The notes: generated from the letters alone by a model not told the origin. A stretch of DNA of 64,000 nucleotides from a bacterium (GCA_021801565.1 JAJYXV010000003.1:68894-132893), one strand, 5' to 3'; positions 19,380-29,341 are shown, counted from the first letter of the stretch. Translations and numbers: made by a program.

Positions 19380-20024
19380 ATGATGCAAAAAAGATCGTTC
19401 ATTATAGGTATTGATGAGGTGGGAAGAGGACCACTTGCCGGTCCAGTGACCGTTTGCGGGGTCATTATCCCGTTAAAATTTGATGTGAAAAAAATGAACG
19501 AGAAAATTCCTCTGAAAGACTCTAAAAAACTTAGTCCGCTACAACGAGAAAGGTGGTTTTCTCTCATAAAAAAAGAAGTAAACATCTCTTATTCATTAAA
19601 AAGCGTATCACCATTGCTTATAGACAAGATGAATATCACTCGATCGGCAAATCACGCGGCAGCATGCGTGCTCAAAAATCTGGAGAGGAAGATAAAATTT
19701 AACCGTCTTCACACATATATATATCTTGATGGCGGATTATATATAGAAAAGGATGTATTAAAAGATCTTGGTATTCCTTTTAGGCACGTGAAAACCGTGA
19801 TAAGGGGAGATGAAAAAATTCCTGCAATAAGTCTTGCTTCTATCGTCGCAAAAGTGAGAAGGGATGCCTATATGGAACGACTACACCTAAAACATCCAAA
19901 TTATGGTTTTAGTGCACATAAGGGATATGGGACCGAAATGCATAGGAAAGCAATAAAGCAACATGGACCATCAAAAGCCCATCGTTTGACGTTTATTCGC
20001 AATTTTTATACAATAAAAAGGTAA
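19380..20024 (+). CDS. rnhB: Ribonuclease HII
   Basis: GIDEVGRGPLAGPV, DSKKL, GD......ASIVAKV.RD, HKGYGT. Confidence 0.95.
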   Translation: MMQKRSFIIGIDEVGRGPLAGPVTVCGVIIPLKFDVKKMNEKIPLKDSKKLSPLQRERWFSLIKKEVNISYSLKSVSPLLIDKMNITRSANHAAACVLKNLERKIKFNRLHTYIYLDGGLYIEKDVLKDLGIPFRHVKTVIRGDEKIPAISLASIVAKVRRDAYMERLHLKHPNYGFSAHKGYGTEMHRKAIKQHGPSKAHRLTFIRNFYTIKR

Positions 20025-20091
20025 ATTAAATTTATTGATAGAGATGGTATAATTTTGGTTTTATAGTCGTTTTTATTAATTTTATAACAAT

Positions 20092-20271
20092 ATGGGTGGA
20101 GTACCTCCGTTTCGCCATTCCCGGTCAAAAGTAAGGAGAAGGCGGTCTCAATTAGGATTAGAGAAAAAAAATATAACCGTATGTCCAAATTGTAAGGGTC
20201 CGGTGTTGTCTCATCGCACGTGTCCGACATGCAAGACATTGGTGAAAAAAATGCGGACAAAAAAATCGTAA
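20092..20271 (+). CDS. rpmF: 50S ribosomal protein L32 (not in ORF track)
   Basis: Manual translation MGGVPPFRHSRSKVRRRRSQ...CPNC...SHRTCPTC...; upstream of nusB-rnc. Confidence 0.9.
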   Translation: MGGVPPFRHSRSKVRRRRSQLGLEKKNITVCPNCKGPVLSHRTCPTCKTLVKKMRTKKS

Positions 20272-20317
20272 ATTTTCCTGTTTTAAAACGTTCGTTTAAA
20301 TTTCCAGATTTATTTCT

Positions 20318-20755
20318 ATGGCTACACGACATCTTGCGAGAACTATTGTGCTTCAGTCGTTTTATGAGTGGGATTTTTATAAGCAGAAAACAGATCTTAT
20401 TAAAATTGTTGAACGTAATCTCGCGGAGTTTGGGCCCGGTATAGATGAACCAGATTTTGTATGGCGAATAGTAAAGGGGATTATTGAGCATTTAGAGGAG
20501 TTAAATGGGATTATCACAAAATTTGCTCCTGAGTGGCCACTTGAACAAATTGCAATTATTGATCGCAATATTCTTCGTATTGGATTATTTGAATTGTTAT
20601 ACGCGGACAAAAATGAAGTACCACCAAAAGTGGCAATCAACGAAGCAATTGAACTTGCAAAAAATTATGGGGGACAAAATTCATCTCGTTTTGCAAACGG
20701 AGTGTTGGGAGCGGTGTTTAAACAAATGGTCACTACGGAAACCGTGCAACAGTAA
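20318..20755 (+). CDS. nusB: Transcription antitermination factor NusB
   Basis: [29 protein letters not shown]. Confidence 0.96.
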   Translation: MATRHLARTIVLQSFYEWDFYKQKTDLIKIVERNLAEFGPGIDEPDFVWRIVKGIIEHLEELNGIITKFAPEWPLEQIAIIDRNILRIGLFELLYADKNEVPPKVAINEAIELAKNYGGQNSSRFANGVLGAVFKQMVTTETVQQ

Positions 20756-20769
20756 AAACTATTTATATC

Positions 20770-21474
20770 GTGGCGAAAGATTTTTCCGATTTTGAAAAAA
20801 ATATTGGCGTAGCCTTCAAAAATAGAAATTTATTAAAAGAAGCGCTTACCCATCGATCATATTTGAACGAACATCCGGAATGGCCGGTGTTTCACAATGA
20901 ACGTCTCGAATATTTAGGGGATGCCGTTCTTGAACTAGCAACCACAGAATATTTATTTCATTTTTTTCCGAATTATCAGGAAGGAGAACTTACAAGTTTA
21001 CGGGCGGCTCTTGTAAACTATCAAATGATGGCGAAAGTAGCTCGTGAAACTTCTCTTGAACAATTTTTATTTTTGTCAAAAGGCGAGGCAAAAGATTCTG
21101 GAAAGGCGAGAGAAGTGATTCTTGCAAATGCGCTTGAATCATTAATTGGCGCTATTTATCTTGATCATGGATATGATATTACAAAAACTTTTATTGAAAG
21201 GTTCATTGTTTCACACCTACGCGAAGTGGTTGATCAGAAACTCTATAGAGATTCAAAGAGTCTTTTTCAGGAAATGATGCAAGAAAAGAAAAAAATTACC
21301 CCGACATATAAGGTATTGAGAGAGAGCGGTCCGGATCATCAAAAACAGTTTTTAGTTGGTGTATTTCTTGACGAAGAATTAGTTGCGCAAGGACAGGGAA
21401 CCTCAAAACAGGAGGCTGAAAGCAGTGCTGCAAAAGCAGCATTAGAATTATTCGGATTAGAACATAAAATATAA
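20770..21474 (+). CDS. rnc: Ribonuclease III
   Basis: ALTHRS, NERLEYLGDAVL, dsRBD with GPDH. Confidence 0.96.
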   Translation: MAKDFSDFEKNIGVAFKNRNLLKEALTHRSYLNEHPEWPVFHNERLEYLGDAVLELATTEYLFHFFPNYQEGELTSLRAALVNYQMMAKVARETSLEQFLFLSKGEAKDSGKAREVILANALESLIGAIYLDHGYDITKTFIERFIVSHLREVVDQKLYRDSKSLFQEMMQEKKKITPTYKVLRESGPDHQKQFLVGVFLDEELVAQGQGTSKQEAESSAAKAALELFGLEHKI

Positions 21475-21482
21475 AAGGAAAT

Positions 21483-23663
21483 ATGATTTTTTTGAAACGT
21501 CTCGAATTACAGGGGTTTAAATCTTTTGCTGGAAAAATAGCTCTTGATTTTACGGCGCGTGTCACAGGAATTGTCGGTCCAAATGGTTCCGGGAAGTCAA
21601 ATGTTATTGATGCATTGAAATGGGTATTAGGGGAACGTGAAGCAAAACAACTTCGCGGAGATGTGTTGGAAAATCTTATTTTTGCCGGTACTCCAAAGCG
21701 TTCTGCGGTAGGACTTGCGAAGGTAACGCTTTATTTTGATAATGCGCATGGACAATTTCCCTTTGATGCTCCGGAAGTTGCATTACAACGCCGCGTTGAT
21801 CGCTCCGGTACATCCGAATTCTTTATAAATGATGAGGAGGTAAAACTTCGTGATCTTGCATCGATGCTTGCGCGTGCGAAACTTGGTACGCGCGGACTTA
21901 CCATGATTGGACAAGGACAGAGCGATATGTTTGTGAAAAGTTCTCCAGAAGAAAGACGATTGATGATTGAAGAGGTGCTAGGGCTCAAAGAATTTCGCAT
22001 TAAAAAAAATCAGGCGGAGCGAAGGCTTGTGACAAGTGAAATCAATATGGATAAAACACGCGCGATGCTTGAGGAATTACTTCCCCATCTGCGTTTTTTA
22101 CGGAGACAGAAGCATAGATGGGATAAACGAAGCGAAGTAGAACGTGAATTAAATGAACTTGAAAATACTTATTATGCATTTCAATATCACAAACTTCTTC
22201 ACGCGTTTGAAATGCAGGGAAATCCTCCAGAAGAGTTGGAAAAAGTAAAAAACGAAAAAGAAAAAGAAGTGCAGGATCTTGAAGGACACATGCAAGAGAT
22301 GGAACAGAAAATATCAGCACAAGAAAAAATGCGTGCAATCCGCGATGAACTCTCGAAATTAAACACACAACAATTAACACTTGAACGATCACTCGCACGT
22401 ATTGAAGTGAGGATAGAATTTGAATCGAAAGAAAAAAATATTCCTTCCAAAACATCCGAAGAATTATCGGGAGTCATAAAATCGACATCGAAAGATATTG
22501 AACATGCACTGTTGTTAAATGATATCGAAGAAATAAAAATAGTACTTCGAAAAGTATTAAGTGTATTTTCTAGTGTATTTAAAGATGGAGAAGTGAAAGA
22601 AAAAACAGAGAATTTGGAAGATGAAAAAAATAAAATAAAAACCGAACTAGCAAAAATAAATGAGGAAATTATAAAATTGCAGAAATCAGAAGACACACTT
22701 TCCCATGAACGCGAGGAGGCTAATAAGCAATTCAGAAAACAAGTTGAAATACTTGAATTAAAGAAAAACGAGATACGGAAACTTGAACAGCAGATGCAAA
22801 CACAATTTTTTGAAAAGGAAAAAATAAATATTCGAATGGGAGAGATTGAAAGAGAGTGGCACACTCTCGGGCGTGAGATTTCCGAATTGAGATTACTTCC
22901 AGTACCGACGGAGACGGCAATTCAGACCGAAGAAATGGAAAGAAGAATGTTTAAATTGCGCGGAGAACTTGCTGCGATAGGAGAGATTGATCAAAATCTT
23001 GTGAGTGAAGCTGACGAAAGCGAAAAGCGGTATGAATTTTTAAGCGCCGAGCTAGGAGATCTTGAGCATGCGATTACAGATCTCAGAAAATTAATTAAGG
23101 ATTTAGATGGAAAAATAATTGAAGATTTTAAAATTGCATTCAAACAAATTAACGAAGAATTTAATACATATTTTCGCCTTATGTTCGGCGGGGGAAAAGC
23201 GCGTATGTTTATTGAGAAAAAGAAAAAAATAGAGTCTCAGGATGGAGAACAGAAGGTAGAAGGGGAGGAAACCAGTGCGGTTTCAAAAGAGGAAGGAGAA
23301 TCTGATTCAACTTCAGGGGTCGAAATTGAATTAAACCTTCCTAAGAAAAAAATAACAAATCTTGATATGCTTTCAGGTGGAGAGAAAAGCCTTGTTTCAG
23401 TTGCCGCTCTTTTTGCGCTTATTGCAGTGAGTCCGCCCCCATTTCTTGTATTAGATGAGGTTGACGCTCCACTTGATGAATCAAATGCACGCCGTTTTGC
23501 GGATCTTGTCCAAAATTTTTCAAAAAAAACACAATTTATTATTGTGACACATAACCGAGCTACTATGGAAGCCGCTGATGTGCTTTATGGAGTAACAATG
23601 GCAGATGATGGTGTTTCAAAGGTGCTTTCTTTGAAGTTTGAAGAAACTCCAAAAGCACGGTGA
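21483..23663 (+). CDS. smc: Short SMC-family ATPase (726 aa)
   Basis: GFKSF, GPNGSGKSN, LSGGEK, LDEVDAPLD, FIIVTH; coiled-coil middle. Confidence 0.9.
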   Translation: MIFLKRLELQGFKSFAGKIALDFTARVTGIVGPNGSGKSNVIDALKWVLGEREAKQLRGDVLENLIFAGTPKRSAVGLAKVTLYFDNAHGQFPFDAPEVALQRRVDRSGTSEFFINDEEVKLRDLASMLARAKLGTRGLTMIGQGQSDMFVKSSPEERRLMIEEVLGLKEFRIKKNQAERRLVTSEINMDKTRAMLEELLPHLRFLRRQKHRWDKRSEVERELNELENTYYAFQYHKLLHAFEMQGNPPEELEKVKNEKEKEVQDLEGHMQEMEQKISAQEKMRAIRDELSKLNTQQLTLERSLARIEVRIEFESKEKNIPSKTSEELSGVIKSTSKDIEHALLLNDIEEIKIVLRKVLSVFSSVFKDGEVKEKTENLEDEKNKIKTELAKINEEIIKLQKSEDTLSHEREEANKQFRKQVEILELKKNEIRKLEQQMQTQFFEKEKINIRMGEIEREWHTLGREISELRLLPVPTETAIQTEEMERRMFKLRGELAAIGEIDQNLVSEADESEKRYEFLSAELGDLEHAITDLRKLIKDLDGKIIEDFKIAFKQINEEFNTYFRLMFGGGKARMFIEKKKKIESQDGEQKVEGEETSAVSKEEGESDSTSGVEIELNLPKKKITNLDMLSGGEKSLVSVAALFALIAVSPPPFLVLDEVDAPLDESNARRFADLVQNFSKKTQFIIVTHNRATMEAADVLYGVTMADDGVSKVLSLKFEETPKAR

Positions 23664-23712
23664 TTGACTATAAAGAATAGATACGGTAATATACTATCGA
23701 AAAAATAAAGAT

Positions 23713-24012
23713 ATGCTAGCGATAAAGTTAAAGCGAGTGGGAAAGAAACATCAGGCAACATTTCGCATGATTGTTATAGAAAAGCGTTTAAAAATAAATG
23801 GCCGGTTTGTTGAAGATCTTGGATGGGTAAATCCTCACACTGATACATTTGAGATAAAAAAGGAACTTGCAAAAAAGTGGATTTCACAAGGTGCTCAGCC
23901 AACCGCGACCGTACATAACCTTCTTGTAAGAGCGGGGATGACAGAAGAAAAGAAAATCTCAGTGCATAAGAAATCAAAAAAACAGGAGAAAACCGGAGAA
24001 GCAAAAGCGTAA
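23713..24012 (+). CDS. rpsP: 30S ribosomal protein S16
   Basis: IKLKRVGKK, GRFVEDLG, GAQPT.TV. Confidence 0.95.
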   Translation: MLAIKLKRVGKKHQATFRMIVIEKRLKINGRFVEDLGWVNPHTDTFEIKKELAKKWISQGAQPTATVHNLLVRAGMTEEKKISVHKKSKKQEKTGEAKA

Positions 24013-24089
24013 CCGTGTTATATTTTACAGTGTAAAATGAAATCTGAAAGCAAAGGTCGAATGTGCTGCAAAGCAACTCAAGAAACGTT

Positions 24090-24365
24090 ATGACACAATC
24101 AGTTGACAAAGATTTTCTCGAAGCACTCGTTAAGGCGATCGTTGATCACCCGGACGATGTGGTGGTAGAAAGAAAAGTTGATGAGATGGGAGTATTGCTT
24201 TCGCTTCGAGTAAATCCTCAGGATATGGGACAAGTTGTCGGCCGTGAGGGTTCTACCGCGAAAGCGATCCGATCTCTCTTGCGTATTGTTGGTATTAAAA
24301 ACAATGCGCGAGTAAACCTCAAAATTGAGGAACCAGAAGGATCGACGCGACAGGCTCGCTCATAA
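24090..24365 (+). CDS. khpA: KH-domain RNA-binding protein KhpA
   Basis: IVDHPDDV, DMGQVVGREG.TAKAIR; follows rpsP. Confidence 0.9.
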   Translation: MTQSVDKDFLEALVKAIVDHPDDVVVERKVDEMGVLLSLRVNPQDMGQVVGREGSTAKAIRSLLRIVGIKNNARVNLKIEEPEGSTRQARS

Positions 24366-24503
24366 AAACCACAAAGCACACATTTCGTTTGCTTTAGAAT
24401 CCCTCATTCGTGAGGGGTTCTTTTTCGTTTGATTTTTAGATATACCTTTCGGGATCTTTTGTTATTCGCAAATTTTTATAATTTACGATATGATAATTTT
24501 ATT

Positions 24504-25175
24504 ATGCGTTTTGATATTATTTCAATTTTTCCCGAATCATTTTCTTCGTATATTGATAGCTCAATTTTGAAGAAAGCGAGAGAAAAAAAACTTGTACAAA
24601 TTTCGATCACAAATCCACGCGATTTTACAAGTGATAAACATCACACGGTTGATGAGTCGCCGTATGGGGGTGGGCCGGGAATGGTGTTAAAAGCAGAGCC
24701 GATATGGAGGGCGGTATTGTCGGTGTTAAAAAAGAAAAAAAATGATTCAAAAAAAAGGAGGATCGTTCTTTTTTCCACACGGGGAAAAAAATTTGATCAA
24801 AAAGTTGCGAGGAGATTTTCAAAATATGAACAGGTGATTTTGATTTGCGGAAGGTATGAGGGGATTGACGAACGTGTTGCAGAATATCTTGCTGATGAAG
24901 AAATTTCAATTGGTGACTTTGTGTTATCAGGAGGTGAGCTTCCCGCGCTTGTATTTTTAGAGGCGGTGAGCCGTCATATTCCCGGTGTACTTGGAAAATA
25001 TGAGTCTCTCGAAGAAAAAAAAGGATCATACCCCGTATATACAAGACCAGAAATATTTGAGGGGCTAGTAGAGGGAAAAAAGAAAAAAATGAAGGTTCCT
25101 GAGGCACTTTTGAAGGGAAATCATAGATTGATAGATGAGTGGAGAAAGAAATATGGAACTTTTGCCGAAAAATAG
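24504..25175 (+). CDS. trmD: tRNA (guanine-N1)-methyltransferase
   Basis: PYGGGPGMV, CGRYEGIDER, SIGDFVLSGGE, YTRP. Confidence 0.96.
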   Translation: MRFDIISIFPESFSSYIDSSILKKAREKKLVQISITNPRDFTSDKHHTVDESPYGGGPGMVLKAEPIWRAVLSVLKKKKNDSKKRRIVLFSTRGKKFDQKVARRFSKYEQVILICGRYEGIDERVAEYLADEEISIGDFVLSGGELPALVFLEAVSRHIPGVLGKYESLEEKKGSYPVYTRPEIFEGLVEGKKKKMKVPEALLKGNHRLIDEWRKKYGTFAEK

Positions 25176-25190
25176 GGAAAAAAAGTTGAC

Positions 25191-25320
25191 CCCGTAGTGA
25201 AAACTCGATTGTATATATACCAGTGGATAATAAAAAGGAAATTAAGTTAACCAAAGAAATATCTCAATGCTTACAAAAACCAAATTGTCGTAAGACGACA
25301 TATCGAGTTTCTACTACGGG
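25191..25320. mobile_element. MITE-like element with terminal inverted repeats, flanked by 6-bp direct repeat GTTGAC
   Basis: CCCGTAGTGAAAACTCGAT ... ATCGAGTTTCTACTACGGG; GTTGAC at 25185-25190 and 25321-25326. Confidence 0.65.
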
Positions 25321-25321
25321 G

Positions 25322-25350
25322 TTGACTTCATCTTGTGTTTTCTTTAAGAT
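25322..25350 (+). promoter_or_regulatory. rpsB-tsf promoter
   Basis: TTGACT-17 nt-TAAGAT. Confidence 0.6.
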
Positions 25351-25368
25351 GAATTACGCGTATTTTTT

Positions 25369-26073
25369 ATGGCAAAAATAATGACACAAGAAGAAATGGT
25401 GAAAGAGATGATCCGAAATGGAGTTGTTTTGGGTCACAAAAGATCGAAAACTCATCCAAAGATGAGGCAATTTATTGCGGGAAATAAAAATGAACTCGAA
25501 CTTTTGAATCCATTGACGAGTTGGGAAACAATTGAGAAAGCAATTGAAATATTGAAAGAAAAACTTTCGGGGGGTGGATTTATGCTTGTTGTTGGTACTC
25601 AACCCGCCGCGAAAGCGACAGTGAAGCAATTTGCTGATGAAATGGGATATCCATTTGTAGTGAGTCGTTGGCTTGGAGGAACACTCACAAATTTTTCCGT
25701 GATTAAAGGAAGGATTGTGCATTATGAAACATTGAAGGAAAATCAAGTGAAGGGGGCATTTGCAAAATATACCAAAAAAGAACAATTAAACTTCACAAAG
25801 GAAATTGCAAAGATGTCAAAAACATTTGAGGGACTTTTAAAACTAAAAAAATTACCGGAGATATTATTTGTAGTTGATGGAGAAGCACATATCACCGCAA
25901 TTCGCGAGGCGCGACGTCTTGGAATTCCAGTGGTCGCTATAATTGATACAAATGACGATCCATCATCTGTTGATTATCCAATTATTGCAAACGACCATAG
26001 CAGAAAGAGCATCGAATGGATAATCGGGCTGATAAAAGAAGCAATTACTATTCTCCCGAAAAAAGCAGAATAA
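25369..26073 (+). CDS. rpsB: 30S ribosomal protein S2
   Basis: GH......PKM..FI, RWLGGTLTNF, AIREA..LGIPVVAIIDTN.DP, AND. Confidence 0.96.
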   Translation: MAKIMTQEEMVKEMIRNGVVLGHKRSKTHPKMRQFIAGNKNELELLNPLTSWETIEKAIEILKEKLSGGGFMLVVGTQPAAKATVKQFADEMGYPFVVSRWLGGTLTNFSVIKGRIVHYETLKENQVKGAFAKYTKKEQLNFTKEIAKMSKTFEGLLKLKKLPEILFVVDGEAHITAIREARRLGIPVVAIIDTNDDPSSVDYPIIANDHSRKSIEWIIGLIKEAITILPKKAE

Positions 26074-26092
26074 TAGGGTATAATAAAAAAAT

Positions 26093-26533
26093 ATGAAAGA
26101 AGATGTAATTAAATTAAGGGAACTCACAGGAGCAGGCGTGATGGAATGCAAGCATGCACTTGAAGAAGCGAAGGGAGATTTTAAGAAGGCAGAAGAATTA
26201 ATTCGTGCATCAAATGTTGCTCGTGCAGAAACAAAAAAAGAAAGAAAAACAGGTGCTGGGTTTTTGTATTCATATATCCACAATAAGCGCGTCGGAGTTT
26301 TGCTTGAAATACGCTGCGAAACAGATTTTGTAGTACAATCAGATCCATTTCAAAAACTCACTCATGATATTGCGATGCATATTGCAGCGATGGATCCAAA
26401 GACGGTTGATGAGTTACTTGCACAGCCATTCGTGAAAGATGAGTCAATAACGGTTTCTGACCTTATAAAACAAGTAATTGGGAAAGTGGGAGAAAATTCA
26501 AAAGTAGAACGTTTCTGCCGCTTTGAGGTATAA
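26093..26533 (+). CDS. tsf: Elongation factor Ts (short form)
   Basis: LRELTGAGVMECK.AL, CETDFV, MHIAA, IGKVGEN..V.RF.RF. Confidence 0.95.
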   Translation: MKEDVIKLRELTGAGVMECKHALEEAKGDFKKAEELIRASNVARAETKKERKTGAGFLYSYIHNKRVGVLLEIRCETDFVVQSDPFQKLTHDIAMHIAAMDPKTVDELLAQPFVKDESITVSDLIKQVIGKVGENSKVERFCRFEV

Positions 26534-26544
26534 TCCTCATATCC

Positions 26545-26916
26545 ATGTTTTCATTTATTCTTGAAATAATTATTTTTGTAAGCCTCTCGGTGATGGTATA
26601 TCTTCTCGCGCGCACATTGCCGCGTATTGATGATTCAGTAACCGCAAAAGAGTTATCGATATTGAAGACACATTGGCTTATGGCATACTTGGAGAAATTT
26701 GATGAATGGCTTAAAATATTTTTTGAAAAGTTTTTGAGACGAGTGAAAGTATGGATTTTGAAGTTTGATAATGTGGTAAGTGAGCGATTGAATCGATTTA
26801 AAAAAGAGATACCTAAAGATTTAAAACTGCGGGTGGACGAAAAGGATGTGTTGGAGGGGACGAAGGAAAAAATTGAAGAGGAAACTGAGGAAAAATTTGA
26901 TGAGGAGAAAAAATAA
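26545..26916 (+). CDS. Hypothetical membrane protein
   Basis: N-terminal TM, acidic tail; operonic spacing after tsf. Confidence 0.7.
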   Translation: MFSFILEIIIFVSLSVMVYLLARTLPRIDDSVTAKELSILKTHWLMAYLEKFDEWLKIFFEKFLRRVKVWILKFDNVVSERLNRFKKEIPKDLKLRVDEKDVLEGTKEKIEEETEEKFDEEKK

Positions 26917-26940
26917 AAAGAAGATTGAAAAATAAAAAAT

Positions 26941-27023
26941 GCGCAGGTGGCAGAGCGGTCAATTGCACGAGACTGTAAATCTCGCGCCTTCGGGCTACGA
27001 AGGTTCAAATCCTTCCCTGCGCA
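26941..27023 (+). tRNA. tRNA-Tyr(GTA)
   Basis: GCGCAGG/CCTGCGC acceptor, CGAGA-CTGTAAA-TCTCG anticodon arm, variable arm, GGTTCAAATCC; CCA not encoded. Confidence 0.95.
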
Positions 27024-27104
27024 CATAAATAAAAAAGAACGGTTTTATCCCGTTCCTTTTTGTATTTCCTTGCATAGTGTTTTTCTTGGTCTACAATAAA
27101 AACT

Positions 27105-27533
27105 ATGGATGATAAAAAGTTTGAGATATTAAAAACCGAGTTTTTACTTACCCAACAGCAGATGGATAAATATGATCAGTTTTCGATTACTACCAAGACA
27201 TGGGCGGTGACACTATGGGTGGCTAGTTCTGGATGGGCATTCCAGTCTGGGAAGAAGGAGGTGTTATTTTTAAGTATTGCGCTCATACTTGCATTTTGGT
27301 TTTTTGATGGGATAAGTAAGACATTTCGTACAAATTATAAAAAACGCCGTGATGAAATTGCGATTTTATTAAGAAAAGTGTTTCATGGGGAAGCGCTTTC
27401 AGGAGAAGAATCTGCACCAAAACTTCCATCATATAGTTTGAAGGGGATTTTTACTAACTCGTTTTTACTCCATCTTTCTCTCCCATATATAGTGTTTCTT
27501 TTATTGTCCCTTGCGTTTTTCTTTATGAAGTGA
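27105..27533 (+). CDS. Hypothetical membrane protein
   Basis: 142-aa ORF with three hydrophobic segments. Confidence 0.65.
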   Translation: MDDKKFEILKTEFLLTQQQMDKYDQFSITTKTWAVTLWVASSGWAFQSGKKEVLFLSIALILAFWFFDGISKTFRTNYKKRRDEIAILLRKVFHGEALSGEESAPKLPSYSLKGIFTNSFLLHLSLPYIVFLLLSLAFFFMK

Positions 27534-27540
27534 AAACAAT

Positions 27541-28194
27541 ATGGAAAAATCGTTGGAACAAAATCTAGAAAAACAAAAGAAACCTTGGGAGAAACTTCGT
27601 GATCTTACCTCTCTCGTTTCACAAGAGGTAAACAGTTTTGCAAAAGAGGAGTATGGCGTTCGCGGATTGGTAGATGAACACGGATTAATTGATATTGATA
27701 GATTTATTGGTGCTCCGGGGTATTCAGATGAGCAACTTATAAAAGATAAAGAAGAAATATATAAACGCGAAGTGGAATGGAGTGGCGCACGGGATGAAAA
27801 CACTCGCAAATTTTATGCATCAGAATATGGTGTAGAAACAGAGAGGGATATCGTACGTCTCTATTTACAGAAAAAAGAAAGAGAAAAAAACGGGCAGATG
27901 GAAATGTTTGTTGCCGCATTATTTCATAAGATCTTAAAAGATGATTTTCTTATTATGCGAGCGAGTGCATATGATGATTATATAAATGGGATTGACACAG
28001 TGATGGTAAATAAGAAAACCGGAGATATCATCTGTGCGTTTGATGAAGTACATAATCATGAAGAAAGCGATCGGGCAGATAAAAAAGTTGAAAAGATAAA
28101 AAAGAAAGCAAAAAAAGGAGGGTCAACGCTTTCAATTGAGTCAATTTATTTTATATATAGGAGACGTTGTAGGAATGATTTAGAGGAGAGATAA
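27541..28194 (+). CDS. Hypothetical protein
   Basis: 217-aa ORF; RASAYDDYINGID..V acidic motif, possibly a PD-(D/E)xK-like fold (inference). Confidence 0.6.
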   Translation: MEKSLEQNLEKQKKPWEKLRDLTSLVSQEVNSFAKEEYGVRGLVDEHGLIDIDRFIGAPGYSDEQLIKDKEEIYKREVEWSGARDENTRKFYASEYGVETERDIVRLYLQKKEREKNGQMEMFVAALFHKILKDDFLIMRASAYDDYINGIDTVMVNKKTGDIICAFDEVHNHEESDRADKKVEKIKKKAKKGGSTLSIESIYFIYRRRCRNDLEER

Positions 28195-28201
28195 TTAATG
28201 C

Positions 28202-28459
28202 ATGAAATCATTTACAGAAAATGTGTATAAAATTGTTTGGAAAATTCCAAAGGGAAAAGTATTGACGTATAAACAGATTGCCGAAAAAGCAGGTAGTCCA
28301 TTAGCGAGCCGCGCGGTGGGGAATATCTTAAATAAAAACCACAATCCGCATATTCCCTGTCATCGAGTGATTCGATCGGATGGAAAGCTTGGAGGGTACA
28401 ATAGGGGTCAAAAAGCGAAAAGAGAAATTTTAAGAAAAGAGGGATTTTTATTAAAATGA
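28202..28459 (+). CDS. MGMT-family DNA alkyltransferase
   Basis: IPKGKVLTY..IA, RAVG, IPCHRVI with active-site Cys, GGY. Confidence 0.9.
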   Translation: MKSFTENVYKIVWKIPKGKVLTYKQIAEKAGSPLASRAVGNILNKNHNPHIPCHRVIRSDGKLGGYNRGQKAKREILRKEGFLLK

Positions 28460-28463
28460 ATTT

Positions 28464-28925
28464 ATGAACAAGACATCGCTCAAAAATTTTCTTCTCAAGG
28501 CTCGGACAAAAACGTACGCAGGAAATGAAGGAAGGGTAAAACCTATTTTGAATGGTTCTAAACAGTTGGAATACAAAGAGGGGGAATGGATTTACCGTGA
28601 TGTGTATTATGGCGGAAATAAAATATTCGTAGGAATTGAGACGGTTTATTTTAAAAATAAAGCGGTGTGGAGTATGTCATATTATGGCAATTTCAAAAAG
28701 ATGACGGAAAAAGAAATAGATTTAGTATTACGCGTAGCACTTTTGGAAAATTGGAAAACAGCGCGAACATGGAAACGAGTGGTATGGGAAAAAGGAAAAT
28801 ATACATATATGTGTGAACCAGATTTTGGAAAGTCAGTGGAAGAAATTGGCGGAACAGAGAAGATTTTGAAAAATAGAAAGGGGGTATACAACTTTTTTTA
28901 TTTTGGTGGATTGTTGGTGAGGTAA
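28464..28925 (+). CDS. Hypothetical protein (DUF5680-like)
   Basis: FL.KA...TYA, YRD.YYG...F.G.E.V, VWSMSYYG pattern. Confidence 0.6.
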   Translation: MNKTSLKNFLLKARTKTYAGNEGRVKPILNGSKQLEYKEGEWIYRDVYYGGNKIFVGIETVYFKNKAVWSMSYYGNFKKMTEKEIDLVLRVALLENWKTARTWKRVVWEKGKYTYMCEPDFGKSVEEIGGTEKILKNRKGVYNFFYFGGLLVR

Positions 28926-28954
28926 GAATCATCTCTGATTTTTTATCTATCTTT

Positions 28955-28992
28955 CCCTCATTCTAATGTTCTCAAGAACATTAGAATGAGGG
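28955..28992. repeat. 17-bp-stem palindrome, AATGTTCT..AGAACATT family
   Basis: CCCTCATTCTAATGTTC-TCAA-GAACATTAGAATGAGGG. Confidence 0.85.
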
Positions 28993-29018
28993 GGGAGGAA
29001 AGTGATATAATAAAGAAT

Positions 29019-29306
29019 ATGAAAGGGGATGGGGGAAGGTCAAAGTTTTATACACTAGAAAAGATAATAAAAGGAGCAAGCAATCATCGAAGGGTTGAAA
29101 TTTTATACCTCTTAAAAGAAAAGCCAAATCTTTCGGTTTTCGATATATCGGAAAAATTAAAGTGTAATTTCAAGACTATTTCCGAACATACGCGTCGGTT
29201 GGTGCAATCTGGGTTGATTTCGAAATATTCTGATGGAAGCTCGGTTCGTCACGAAATTACTTTATTGGGGGAAAATGTTCTCAAGTTCTTGAGAACATTG
29301 GAATAA
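29019..29306 (+). CDS. ArsR-like winged-helix protein whose C-terminus is encoded by the palindrome family
   Basis: K..SNHRR.EIL.LL, LSV.DISE.L, TISEH.RRL..SGLI; ends NVLKFLRTLE on the palindrome at 29274-29304. Confidence 0.8.
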   Translation: MKGDGGRSKFYTLEKIIKGASNHRRVEILYLLKEKPNLSVFDISEKLKCNFKTISEHTRRLVQSGLISKYSDGSSVRHEITLLGENVLKFLRTLE

Positions 29307-29341
29307 ATATTTGTATAAATGTATAGGATATATACACATAT

